Source: Candidatus Iainarchaeum sp. (lineage in GTDB: Archaea > Iainarchaeota > Iainarchaeia > Iainarchaeales > DTGL01). Taken from it: a stretch of 23,468 nucleotides of DNA. Below the pieces are notes generated by a model. That model had not been told where the DNA came from and made no database searches. It was given only the letters and a program-made list of their open reading frames with translations. Within the stretch, counting starts at the first letter, position 1, and each line of letters opens with the position of its first letter. The translations under genes were made by a program, and so were the position numbers. This document shows, piece by piece, positions 1 to 8,201 of the stretch. The stretch covers positions 1-23,468 of the forward strand of contig JAVYME010000020.1 of the NCBI GenBank assembly GCA_038736825.1, read 5' to 3'.

Positions 1-825
1 GCCTGCCTGTATTGCTGCCTCAACCATAGCAGGGTTAAAAACCATGAAAAAATTAATAAAAAGCCAGAAAATATAAAGAAAAAAGGTTGCAAAAATGCCC
101 TCAAAGTAAATCACCACCCAGCGCTTTTTGGCGAAAAGAACAATTATTGCCGTAAGGAGTATCAGGGCATAGATTAGCATGAAAAAGTCAAACTTTTTGG
201 TTATCAGCGGTAGAATAAATCCAAGGAAAAAAGATTCGAATGCAATAGTTAGCGAATTCTTCCTGTATGCAAGAAAAACAGCTGAAAAAACCACCAATGT
301 TATTAACGCAATTGCCACTTCCAAAGGAAAAAGGCGGTAAAACTGGTATCCTGCAAAAAGCGAATAAAAGATTACAGGAAATCCGCCGGCAAAAAAAACC
401 TTTGAATGGAAAAGAAGACCGCGTTTTTCTATGAAATAGCCAGCTACAAGAATCAAAAGACCAATTACAATCCCTAGCAAAACTTGAGCTAGGGGGGAAA
501 TCCAGTTATTTTGTATTGCATAAAGCACAAGAAAACCAGCTGAAAGGGCAACCGCCGCTATGCCAATCCAAGCAAACCACTTGAAGCCGATTTCACTCTC
601 ACTGATCTGCGACTTTTGCTGTGTTAAAGTTTTTGGCTCTACAAAAACCGGTTCTGGCTTTGGAATCGACTCCACTCTTTGCACCAAAACAGGGGCGCCA
701 GTTTGTTTTGAACCTTTGCCCTCTAAAGCACTCAACCGTTGGTCAATAGAACTAATCGAGTTTTCAATAGAATCTAATTTCTTTAGAATCAAATCAGTAT
801 TATCATGCGATCGACTTGCAGGCAC
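1..825 (-). CDS. DUF2339-like polytopic membrane protein, N-terminal part (3' end runs off the window)
   Basis: Not in the ORF track because no stop lies in the window. My translation of the minus strand is open from 825 to 1: ...ILKKLDSIENSISSIDQRLSALEGKGSKQ...SEIGFKWFAWIGIAAVALSAGFLVLYAIQNNWISPLAQVLLGIVIGLLILVAGYFIEKRG..., followed by more TM helices. An N-terminal coiled coil followed by this TM pattern matches what I recall of DUF2339. An in-frame TAA lies just upstream. The first usable start is GTG at 825 (alternative TTG at 792). A TATA-like TATTAAATAT starts 31 nt upstream of the GTG. Confidence 0.6.
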   Translation of the reverse strand, partial: MPASRSHDNTDLILKKLDSIENSISSIDQRLSALEGKGSKQTGAPVLVQRVESIPKPEPVFVEPKTLTQQKSQISESEIGFKWFAWIGIAAVALSAGFLVLYAIQNNWISPLAQVLLGIVIGLLILVAGYFIEKRGLLFHSKVFFAGGFPVIFYSLFAGYQFYRLFPLEVAIALITLVVFSAVFLAYRKNSLTIAFESFFLGFILPLITKKFDFFMLIYALILLTAIIVLFAKKRWVVIYFEGIFATFFLYIFWLFINFFMVFNPAMVEAAIQAG

Positions 826-846
826 AATAACTATAACTTATTACAC

Positions 847-856
847 ATATTTAATA
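847..856 (-). promoter_or_regulatory. TATA-like box (TATTAAATAT on minus strand) for the DUF2339-like gene
   Basis: It starts 31 nt upstream of the GTG at 825, the same spacing seen for several other genes in the window, implying a leaderless or near-leaderless mRNA. Confidence 0.4.
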
Positions 857-895
857 CTTCCGTTTCCTTTCCTCAAAACTGATTGCGCCCCTGTC

Positions 896-904
896 TTTAT
901 TAAG
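896..904 (+). promoter_or_regulatory. TATA-like box (TTTATTAAG) for rnz
   Basis: It starts 31 nt upstream of the ATG at 927. No Shine-Dalgarno motif lies in between. Confidence 0.4.
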
Positions 905-926
905 ATTTTGCCCTTAATTTGAATTA

Positions 927-1862
927 ATGGAGTTGTCTCTTTCTTTTTTGGGCACTGGCTGTTCTGCGCCAACAAAAAACCGTGCTCTAACAGGCATTGT
1001 CCTCTCGTTTTTGGGAAAAAACTATTTGTTTGATTGCCCGGAAGGAGCACAAAAACGTGCATTGAAAGCAGGCATTTCACTCATGAAAATTGATGCAATC
1101 TTCTTTTCACACTTTCACGCAGACCACTTTCTTGGATTGCCTGGCTTGCTGGCAACAATGAACATGTTTGAAAGAGACACAGAACTCAAAATTTTTGGAC
1201 CACGCGGAATAAAGGAAATGGTTGGAAAAGCATTAGACATTGCCTTTGTAAAACCATGCTATGAAATAAACTGCATTGAATTGAAAAAAGGCAAAGCACT
1301 GGAAGAAAAAGATTATCGGATTGAGGCTTTCCCATTAGAACACGGCACTCCCTGCTTTGGCTTTGCTTTCATTGAAAAAGACAAACTTGGGGAATTTGAC
1401 AGAAAAAAAGCAATTGAATTGGGTGTGCCAGTGGGACCATTGTTTGCTGAACTCCAAAACGGGAAAAGCGTTAAAATCAATGGACAAACAATCAAGCCAG
1501 AACAAGTTCTCGACCTTGAAAAGGGACGAAAGGGAAGAAAGATTGCAATTGTCTTGGACACTCTTCCAAGCGAAAAATATTTGGAGCACATTAAAGGCGC
1601 AGACTTGCTTGTCCACGAAGCGGTTTTTCTTGAAAGCGAGGCAGAACGCGCAAGGGAAACCTTTCACAGCACAGCATTGCAGGCAGCAAGAATTGCAAAA
1701 AAAGCAGGAGTGAAAAAGCTTGTTCTCACGCATTTTTCCAACAGGCGCATGGACTTAAAAGAAGTTGAAGAAGAAGCCAGAAAAGAGTTTGCTTCAAGCA
1801 CAGCCTCACTGGAATTAATGCAAATCAAAGTGCCAAGAAATCCTTTGGGGGTGGTTAAATGA
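927..1862 (+). CDS. rnz: Ribonuclease Z (tRNA 3' endonuclease, metallo-beta-lactamase fold)
   Basis: 311 aa. N-terminal LSFLGTGCSAPTKNR, the HxHxDH motif (FFSHFHADHFLGLPGLL) and C-terminal LVLTHFS are typical of short-form RNase Z/ElaC. Confidence 0.9.
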   Translation: MELSLSFLGTGCSAPTKNRALTGIVLSFLGKNYLFDCPEGAQKRALKAGISLMKIDAIFFSHFHADHFLGLPGLLATMNMFERDTELKIFGPRGIKEMVGKALDIAFVKPCYEINCIELKKGKALEEKDYRIEAFPLEHGTPCFGFAFIEKDKLGEFDRKKAIELGVPVGPLFAELQNGKSVKINGQTIKPEQVLDLEKGRKGRKIAIVLDTLPSEKYLEHIKGADLLVHEAVFLESEAERARETFHSTALQAARIAKKAGVKKLVLTHFSNRRMDLKEVEEEARKEFASSTASLELMQIKVPRNPLGVVK

Positions 1863-2575
1863 AGGCACTGGTTTTGGCAGCAGGCAAAGGGGCAAGAATG
1901 ATGCCCTTAACCGAAGAAAAGCCAAAAGCAATGGTGCAATTGAACGGCAAGCCATTGCTTGAACACGTTTTAAAGGAAGTGGAAAAAGCAGGCATCAGTG
2001 AATGCGGAATAGTTATAGGCTACAAGGGAGAAAAAATCCGCTCCTATTTTGGAGACTCCTATAAGGGAATGAAACTAAAATATTTTGTGCAAGAACCCCA
2101 GCTTGGCACAGCGCACGCGGTTGCAACAGCAGAAGAGTGGCTAAAAGAGGATTTTCTTTTATTGAGCTCTGACGTGCTAGTGGAATGGCCATTGCTTGAA
2201 AGATTATCGCAAAAAAAAGGGTTTGCTGCAGTGCTTTCCCTCCGGCATGATGATTTTCCGGAAAGATATGGAGTCGTGGAAACCGACAACAACAAAGTAA
2301 AAAAAATAATTGAAAAACCGGATTGCACACCAGAAAACGCTTTTGTGAACGCAGGCATTTACCGGTTTTCCCCGAAAATTTTTGAAGCAATAAGAAAAAC
2401 CAAAAAAAGCAGGAGAAACGAGTTTGAACTTACAGACTCAATAAGAATATTACTGGAAAGCAATGAAAAAGTTGGTTTTATAGAAGTAAGTGGTCCCTGT
2501 CTGGACATTGGAAGCATTGAAGACCTGCAAAGAGCAGAAAAAGCAGCATGGAAAAAACCCAGCATTAAATTTTAA
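1859..2575 (+). CDS. Sugar-1-phosphate nucleotidylyltransferase (NTP_transferase family)
   Basis: 238 aa. The N-terminal signature is MKALVLAAGKGARMMPLTEEKPKAMVQLNGKPLLEH, followed by IVIGYKGEKI and QLGTAHAV. The start overlaps the rnz stop (ATGA, 1859-1862), suggesting translational coupling. Confidence 0.8.
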   Translation: MKALVLAAGKGARMMPLTEEKPKAMVQLNGKPLLEHVLKEVEKAGISECGIVIGYKGEKIRSYFGDSYKGMKLKYFVQEPQLGTAHAVATAEEWLKEDFLLLSSDVLVEWPLLERLSQKKGFAAVLSLRHDDFPERYGVVETDNNKVKKIIEKPDCTPENAFVNAGIYRFSPKIFEAIRKTKKSRRNEFELTDSIRILLESNEKVGFIEVSGPCLDIGSIEDLQRAEKAAWKKPSIKF

Positions 2576-3251
2576 GAGTCTTGCCAGGCTTTAAAACAAC
2601 CGCTTCAGTTTTCAATATGCTTTTGTCTATTTTTTCCTTGAACTCAAAAGGAGAGCACTTTATAATATCAAAAGTGTTATAATGCATTGGAATGGCATAT
2701 TTGGGCTCCATTGTTTTCACAGCACGCACAGCATCAACGCAATCCATGGTAATGCTGCCGCCTATTGGAATGCACAAAACATCCGCTTTAAGGCTTGAAA
2801 AAACTCCAGTGAGGTCAGTGTCACCAGTGTGCACAAGCGAATCACCATTGCCTTGAATTTTAAAACCCATTGGATAAAAAGAGTTTGGATGGTGGGCTGG
2901 CAAAGGCTCTATTTCAATGCCGCCAAAGTTAACCTTTTTCTTTAAATCAATCGGCTTCTTTTGCCTGTGGCTTATGTTAAGGCTTGCAAGGAGCTCGTCA
3001 TGCGCTATCACAGTGCAACCGCTTTTGGCAGCAATTGCCTCTATTGCCTTTTTGTCAAAATGATCGAAATGCTCGTGGGAAACAAGAATAGCATCAGCAT
3101 CCATGAAACGGTTCATCTTAACAGGGCACTCCATGGTTTTTTTCATGCCGCCCTCTGGAGCTTTAGAGTCTATGAATGGGTCTATGAGAAAAACCTTGCC
3201 GCCAATCTTAATCTTGAAAAAAGAATGGTAAATGTATTGAACCTCAAACAT
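2565..3251 (-). CDS. Metal-dependent hydrolase, beta-lactamase superfamily (UPF0173/COG2220-like)
   Basis: Motifs: KIKIGGKVFLIDPF, AILVSHEHFDHFD, VHTGDT, IPMHYNTF. I use the internal ATG at 3251 (MFEVQYIYH...). The 37-aa track extension (to 3362) is a low-complexity F/L-rich read-through of T-rich upstream DNA. The 3' end overlaps the convergent gene by 11 nt. Confidence 0.8.
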   Translation of the reverse strand: MFEVQYIYHSFFKIKIGGKVFLIDPFIDSKAPEGGMKKTMECPVKMNRFMDADAILVSHEHFDHFDKKAIEAIAAKSGCTVIAHDELLASLNISHRQKKPIDLKKKVNFGGIEIEPLPAHHPNSFYPMGFKIQGNGDSLVHTGDTDLTGVFSSLKADVLCIPIGGSITMDCVDAVRAVKTMEPKYAIPMHYNTFDIIKCSPFEFKEKIDKSILKTEAVVLKPGKTLKI

Positions 3252-3418
3252 AAGCCCTCTATAAAATAAAAACAAAAAAGCATTTAAAAACCCATTCTGG
3301 CGCTTTTGCATTAAAAAAAATGAAAACCAGAAAATGCAAACAAACAAGTGCTTTTGCGCCATTTAGTGCTTTTTCTGGATTAAAAAGAATCCAACTGCCT
3401 TGAAATAACAATATTAAC

Positions 3419-3426
3419 TTTTATAT
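3419..3426 (+). promoter_or_regulatory. TATA-like box (TTTTATAT) for the 3447 gene
   Basis: It starts 28 nt upstream of the ATG at 3447. Confidence 0.4.
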
Positions 3427-3446
3427 CCCTATTATATCGGTCAAAA

Positions 3447-4301
3447 ATGGCGAAAAACAAAAAACTAGTGTTTTTTTTCCTTTTGCTGGCTTTCGCTTCA
3501 GTTGCAGCAGACGCAAAAAACTACAAAATAACAAGCCATGAAATAAACGTGGACGTTGACCTTGAAGGCTATGCAAGCGTAAAAGAACGCTATTATTTGG
3601 TGTTTGATGACAAAGAAAGCGCTGAAGCATTCCAAAGCCTTAAAAACAACGATTTAAAATTTGACTTGGAAAAATGGAAAGCCTTTGATCCAAACCTAAA
3701 AATAAATTTTGGCTTGGAATCAAACCTGAGCGAGCTCTTAATTGAATTTGCAGACGAGCCAAGCGGAGAACGCCTTTATTACACCGAATTCAAGTATTCT
3801 TTTAACACTCCAGCATTCAACAAATCAACAAAACAAGAAATTGGAAGAAAGATCTCCTTTTCAATAAACAAGAGCTTTGTAAGGCAACTCACTCGCGGAA
3901 CCGATTTTGTCATTCCAGAGTGGACAACAATCAGGTTCATTTTTCCCCCGCAAAGCGAACCAGATGGCCCGCTTGTTTTAGAAACAACCAATCCAAAAAT
4001 AAGAATAAGCCATGACATTCAAAGCAAAAGAAAAACAATGGAATTGCGAGGCTATTTTGCATCAAACGATTTCGCTCTTGGCTTTTACTATTATAAGGCA
4101 ATCGCGCCAAGTTTTAGCATTGCAATGCTAGTCAAAGAGTTGTCTGAAAAAACACCAAAAGAAACCTTAATCATTGCAGGCTTTATCATTGCAATTGTCG
4201 GCATTTTCCTTTTCGCCATAAGAAAAAAAATAGAGGACCGCCTTTCAGGGTTTATAATAAAGCACTCAAATGTTTCCCAAGACGAGGAAGAGCGCAAGTA
4301 A
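3447..4301 (+). CDS. Hypothetical secreted protein with C-terminal membrane anchor
   Basis: 284 aa. It has an N-terminal signal-like segment (KKLVFFFLLLAFASVAADA), a roughly 220-aa extracytoplasmic region, a C-terminal TM helix (LIIAGFIIAIVGIFLFAI) and a charged tail. I recognise no family. Confidence 0.6.
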   Translation: MAKNKKLVFFFLLLAFASVAADAKNYKITSHEINVDVDLEGYASVKERYYLVFDDKESAEAFQSLKNNDLKFDLEKWKAFDPNLKINFGLESNLSELLIEFADEPSGERLYYTEFKYSFNTPAFNKSTKQEIGRKISFSINKSFVRQLTRGTDFVIPEWTTIRFIFPPQSEPDGPLVLETTNPKIRISHDIQSKRKTMELRGYFASNDFALGFYYYKAIAPSFSIAMLVKELSEKTPKETLIIAGFIIAIVGIFLFAIRKKIEDRLSGFIIKHSNVSQDEEERK

Positions 4302-4306
4302 GCAGT

Positions 4307-4816
4307 TCACCTTGCAACTTTTTTCTTTTTTATTCTGCTCTTGAGTGGCACACCGCAATCCGGACAGTTTTTAAAGCGCTCAAGCGAACTGAATTCTTTT
4401 CCGCACACAGAACATTTCCTGGAAAAGGAAAACACTTCCCGGATTTCTCCTTGCACAGCTGAAGAAAAGGGAATTTTAAAGAAAGCCAGAAAGTTTTGAA
4501 TGGAAAAATCATCCGTGAGCACCAAAAACTCTTCCTTTTCAGCCTTTAACTCCAAACCCAAAGCAATAATTGAAACATCCTCTTCACTGATTTTATAACC
4601 CTTTTTTTTAACAATTGCCTTCACCCTTTCAACAAATTTCCCTTTAGGCTCTCTAAGCGAAAGCACTCCATGCTTTAAAGCATTTTCAACCAAAAGCCGG
4701 CTTTCCATTGAACGAAATTCACATAAAACAAGTGGCGTTGTCACATAACGCTTTCCCTCATTAAAAGAAAAATTAGGCTGGTTCAATACAGCAGAGGCAT
4801 CCAAAACAAAAAGCAT
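4307..4816 (-). CDS. nob1: PIN-domain endonuclease with C-terminal zinc ribbon, Nob1-like (small-subunit rRNA 3'-end maturation)
   Basis: The PIN start is MLFVLDASAV, with an internal LVLTDDFSIQNF. The C-terminal ribbon is CSVCGKEF...CPDCGVPL. The start is set at ATG 4816, because a TATA-like box starts 27 nt upstream of it and the track start (4858) lies beyond that box. Confidence 0.65.
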   Translation of the reverse strand: MLFVLDASAVLNQPNFSFNEGKRYVTTPLVLCEFRSMESRLLVENALKHGVLSLREPKGKFVERVKAIVKKKGYKISEEDVSIIALGLELKAEKEEFLVLTDDFSIQNFLAFFKIPFSSAVQGEIREVFSFSRKCSVCGKEFSSLERFKNCPDCGVPLKSRIKKKKVAR

Positions 4817-4835
4817 AAAAATAAAGGGAATCCAA

Positions 4836-4843
4836 TTATTAAA
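4836..4843 (-). promoter_or_regulatory. TATA-like box (TTTAATAA on minus strand) for nob1-like gene
   Basis: It starts 27 nt upstream of the ATG at 4816. Confidence 0.4.
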
Positions 4844-5035
4844 TTTGTTTCTGTGCAAACTTGCCGGCTTGGCAAAAAAAGTTCAAAAAATGCAGAGGTT
4901 TGCCTTCAAAATACTTAAAAAAAAGCATTTTCACCAAGGCAAGCAACAAAAAGTAATGCAAAAAGGCAACCGCCCAAAAAAAAAGCAAGAATGCAAAGAA
5001 CCAAAGCAAAAAAAAACAAAAAAGGCAAAAATCCC

Positions 5036-5047
5036 TTATTTTAAATA
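5036..5047 (+). promoter_or_regulatory. TATA-like box (TTATTTTAAATA) for pheS-pheT
   Basis: It lies about 32-43 nt upstream of the ATG at 5079, at the end of a long A-rich tract, implying a short 5' UTR of about 10 nt. Confidence 0.45.
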
Positions 5048-5078
5048 GCCTTTCGCTAATCCATTTATTAGTGTTTTT

Positions 5079-6551
5079 ATGGACTTGGAGAGCAAAGCCA
5101 GAGCGCTAAGCGAAATAGAAGTTAAAACGCTTGCCACAATCTCTGAAGGAAAAAAAACAATTGCTGAAATATCAGAAAAAACAGGCATGCCAATGGATTC
5201 AGTTAGAAGAGCACTAGCCTGGCTTAAAGAAAAAGGCATGGCAGCAATAGGGGAAGGCGAAGAAATACTTTTATTGAACGAAAAAGGCATTGAAGCAATA
5301 AACAAGGGAACACCGGAAAAAAGACTGATTGAAGCACTCAAAAAACTAGGCGGAAAAGCAGTCCTGCAAAACGCATTAAAAGAAAGCGAAATGCAAGCAA
5401 ACGAATTCAATGCAGCGCTCGGCATTGCAAAAAGGCAAAGCCTAATAGTATTCTCAGAAGGCAATGTTTCACTTACAGGACTGGAAAAAGAATGGAATTC
5501 AAAAGACGATTATTGCTTGGAAAAAATAAAGGAAAAGACAAAAGGAAAACAAGAAATTCCATTAAAATGCCTAGAAAACGAATGCATTACAACAATACTG
5601 CAAAGAGGCTTTGGCAAAACAAAAAAAATAGAAATGTCCCAAAACACAATAGCAGAAATCACAATAGAAGGAAAAAAAGCCCTGGAAATCGCACTAAAAC
5701 TCAAAACCCGCTCCTACAACATTTTTGGAGAAGTGCCTCCACTCTACATTGGCAAAAAACAACCATATGCCCGCTTTCTAGAACAAGTAAGACGCAAACT
5801 CATAACAATGGGATTCAAAGAAATGGAAACACCAAGCATAGTGCAAGAATTCTACAATTTTGACGTATTATTCCAGCCACAAAACCATCCAGCAAGGGAT
5901 TGGGCGAGCACATACCAATTAAAACAACCAAAATTCGGCGACCTCCCAGAAAAAAAAATCGTGAAAGCAGTAAAGGCAGCGCACGAAAACGGCGCCAGCA
6001 CAGGAAGCAAAGGCTGGCAATACAAGTGGAGCGAAGAAACAGCAAAAAAACTAATGCCTGCAGCGCACGGAACAGCACACAGTGCAAGACAACTAGTGAA
6101 AGGCGTGCAATCCCCCAGCAAATATTTTTCAATTGCACGCTGTTACAGGCCGGACACAGTGGACAGAACACACTTGATAGAATTCAACCAATTAGAAGGC
6201 ATTATTGTGGGCGATTTTTCTTTCAAGCACCTTCTTGGAATGCTGAAACAGTTCGCTGAAGAAATAGCTCACGCAAAAAAAGTGCGCTTCATGCCAGACT
6301 ATTACCCTTTCACTGAACCCAGCGTTCAAATGTCAGCATTCCATCCAGAACTGGGCTGGATTGAATTCGGTGGCGCTGGAATGTTCAGGCCCGAAATGCT
6401 TGAACCACTCGGCATAAAACACCAAGTGCTTGCATGGGGCTTAGGCATTGACAGGCTGGCAATGTTCAAACTAGGCATAAGCGATGTAAGAGAACTGTTC
6501 TCGCAAAAACTGGACTGGTTAAGAGAAGAAAAAATGGCGGTGTTAGATTAA
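5079..6551 (+). CDS. pheS: Phenylalanine--tRNA ligase alpha subunit (archaeal/eukaryotic type)
   Basis: 490 aa. N-terminal winged-helix-like repeats are followed by a class II core: FQPQNHPARD, ARCYRPD, IEFNQLEG, MPDYYPFTEPS, GAGMFRPEML, AWGLGIDRLAM. Confidence 0.95.
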   Translation: MDLESKARALSEIEVKTLATISEGKKTIAEISEKTGMPMDSVRRALAWLKEKGMAAIGEGEEILLLNEKGIEAINKGTPEKRLIEALKKLGGKAVLQNALKESEMQANEFNAALGIAKRQSLIVFSEGNVSLTGLEKEWNSKDDYCLEKIKEKTKGKQEIPLKCLENECITTILQRGFGKTKKIEMSQNTIAEITIEGKKALEIALKLKTRSYNIFGEVPPLYIGKKQPYARFLEQVRRKLITMGFKEMETPSIVQEFYNFDVLFQPQNHPARDWASTYQLKQPKFGDLPEKKIVKAVKAAHENGASTGSKGWQYKWSEETAKKLMPAAHGTAHSARQLVKGVQSPSKYFSIARCYRPDTVDRTHLIEFNQLEGIIVGDFSFKHLLGMLKQFAEEIAHAKKVRFMPDYYPFTEPSVQMSAFHPELGWIEFGGAGMFRPEMLEPLGIKHQVLAWGLGIDRLAMFKLGISDVRELFSQKLDWLREEKMAVLD

Positions 6552-8191
6552 TGCCAACAATTGAAATCAGCAAAAAAGACCTTGAAAGCCTTACAGGCAA
6601 AAAAATTCCAGAACAAGAACTACAAGAAAAAGCCATTCTCTTTGCAAAAAGCGAAATAGAAAACATTGAAGGAGACAAACTGAAAATAGACGTCAAAGAC
6701 TCCAACCGGCCGGACTTGTGGAGCGTTGAAGGAATAGCACGCGAATTGCGCGGATATTATGGAATTGAAAAAGGCCTTCCAAAATTTTTAGTGAAAAAAA
6801 GCGGAATAACTGCAAAAATAGACCCTGGGCTTAAAAACATCAGGCCTTGCGGAGCATACGCAATAGCAAAAAACGTGAAAGTGTCCGACGAATTCATACA
6901 ACAACTAATTCAAATGCAGGAAAAAATCTGTGAAACCTTTGGGCGCAAGCGCAAAGAAGTCGCAATAGGGATATTTGATGCAGACAAGGTATCTGGAAAC
7001 GTGAAATACTATGCAGCAAAACCAGTGGAAAAGTTTGTGCCGCTCGGCTATAGGACACCATTAACCCTTGAAGAAATCCTGCAAGAACACCCAAAAGGAA
7101 AAGAATACGCAAAACTATTGGAAGGACAACAAAAATTCCCATTGCTGGTTGATTCAAAAGGCGATGTCCTTTCAATGCCACCAATAATAAATTCAGAGCA
7201 TTCAGGCAAAGTCACGCTTGAAACAAAAAACTTGTTCATAGATGTAACCGGCTTTAAGCAGGAAACCATTGAAACTGCCCTGGAAATAGTGTGCGCTGCA
7301 CTGGCAGACAGGGGTGCAAAAATTGAATCCATTACCGTAGACTATGGGACTAAAAAAATTGAAACCCCGCGCTTTGAAACCAAAAAAATAAGCGTGCCAA
7401 TCGCGCTCTTTGAAAAACTGTTCGGAGGCAAAACAACAGAAAAAGAACTAGTGAAGCTGGCGGAAAAGAAAAGAATGAATGCAATAAAAAAAGGCGCGTC
7501 CCTGCTGGTTTCATATCCATCCTATCGCGCAGACATTCTCCACCCAGTGGACATAATTGAAGACCTGTTAATAGCATACGGTTACGACAAAATCGAGCCA
7601 TTAAAAGTTGAGGTTCCAGTGCAAGGCACAGAACTGCCAGAAACAAAAACAATTGAAACAGTGCGCGAGTGCTGCATTGGAATGCAATTGCAGGAAGTGC
7701 TAACCTTCACGCTCACCTCAAGAGAAAAACAGGAATCAAAAATGTTATTGCAAAAACAGGAATTCATAGAACTGGAAAACCCAGTCTCAACAGAATTCGC
7801 AATGCTCAGAAAAAGCATAATCCCAGAACTCCTTGCATTCCTTTCAAAAAACAAGCACTGCGATTTTCCCCAAAAAATATTTGAAATCGGCAAAACCTTT
7901 GCACTGGACGAAAAAAGCGAAACCCGCACGCGCGAAACAAACACGCTCTGCATTGCATTAAGCGGAAAAAACGAAAACTACACCTCAATAAAAGCCCACC
8001 TTGAAGCATTATGCAAAGCAATGAACTGGAAACACGAACTCCAAGAAAAAACACACCCCTCTTTCAACAGCGGGCGCTGCGCCCTAGTGAAAGCAAACAA
8101 TAAAAACGGAGTAATAGGCGAAATAAGCGAAAAAGTGCTAAAAGAATTCGAACTGGAAATGCCGGTTGCGGTATTAGAAATTGAAATCTAA
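6551..8191 (+). CDS. pheT: Phenylalanine--tRNA ligase beta subunit (archaeal type)
   Basis: 546 aa. The N-terminus is MPTIEISKKDLESLTGKK, with NRPDLWSVEGIAREL and a B3/4-like middle region. The ATG shares one base with the pheS TAA (TAATG at 6549-6553). Confidence 0.95.
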   Translation: MPTIEISKKDLESLTGKKIPEQELQEKAILFAKSEIENIEGDKLKIDVKDSNRPDLWSVEGIARELRGYYGIEKGLPKFLVKKSGITAKIDPGLKNIRPCGAYAIAKNVKVSDEFIQQLIQMQEKICETFGRKRKEVAIGIFDADKVSGNVKYYAAKPVEKFVPLGYRTPLTLEEILQEHPKGKEYAKLLEGQQKFPLLVDSKGDVLSMPPIINSEHSGKVTLETKNLFIDVTGFKQETIETALEIVCAALADRGAKIESITVDYGTKKIETPRFETKKISVPIALFEKLFGGKTTEKELVKLAEKKRMNAIKKGASLLVSYPSYRADILHPVDIIEDLLIAYGYDKIEPLKVEVPVQGTELPETKTIETVRECCIGMQLQEVLTFTLTSREKQESKMLLQKQEFIELENPVSTEFAMLRKSIIPELLAFLSKNKHCDFPQKIFEIGKTFALDEKSETRTRETNTLCIALSGKNENYTSIKAHLEALCKAMNWKHELQEKTHPSFNSGRCALVKANNKNGVIGEISEKVLKEFELEMPVAVLEIEI

Positions 8192-8201
8192 AAAACAAAC
8201 A

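Noticed and set aside
560-922. 120-aa plus-strand ORF
   Set aside because: It is antisense to a far more convincing DUF2339-like membrane protein frame that stays open from 825 to the window edge. Its composition is unprotein-like and it has no upstream signal.
2565-2575. 11-nt overlap of convergent 3' ends (and other 1-4 nt overlaps) as something functional
   Set aside because: It is consistent with general genome compaction, and no extra signal is visible.
3252-3362. 37-aa N-terminal extension of the MBL-fold hydrolase in the ORF track
   Set aside because: It is a hydrophobic F/L-rich translation of T-rich promoter DNA. The conserved fold begins at MFEVQ (ATG 3251).
4845-5048. 67-aa extremely Lys-rich ORF (MFLCKLAGLAKKVQK...KKTKKAKIPYFK)
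   Set aside because: The Lys content is a direct by-product of translating the A-rich spacer. The ORF runs through the pheS TATA box, and its start lies upstream of the nob1 promoter on the other strand.
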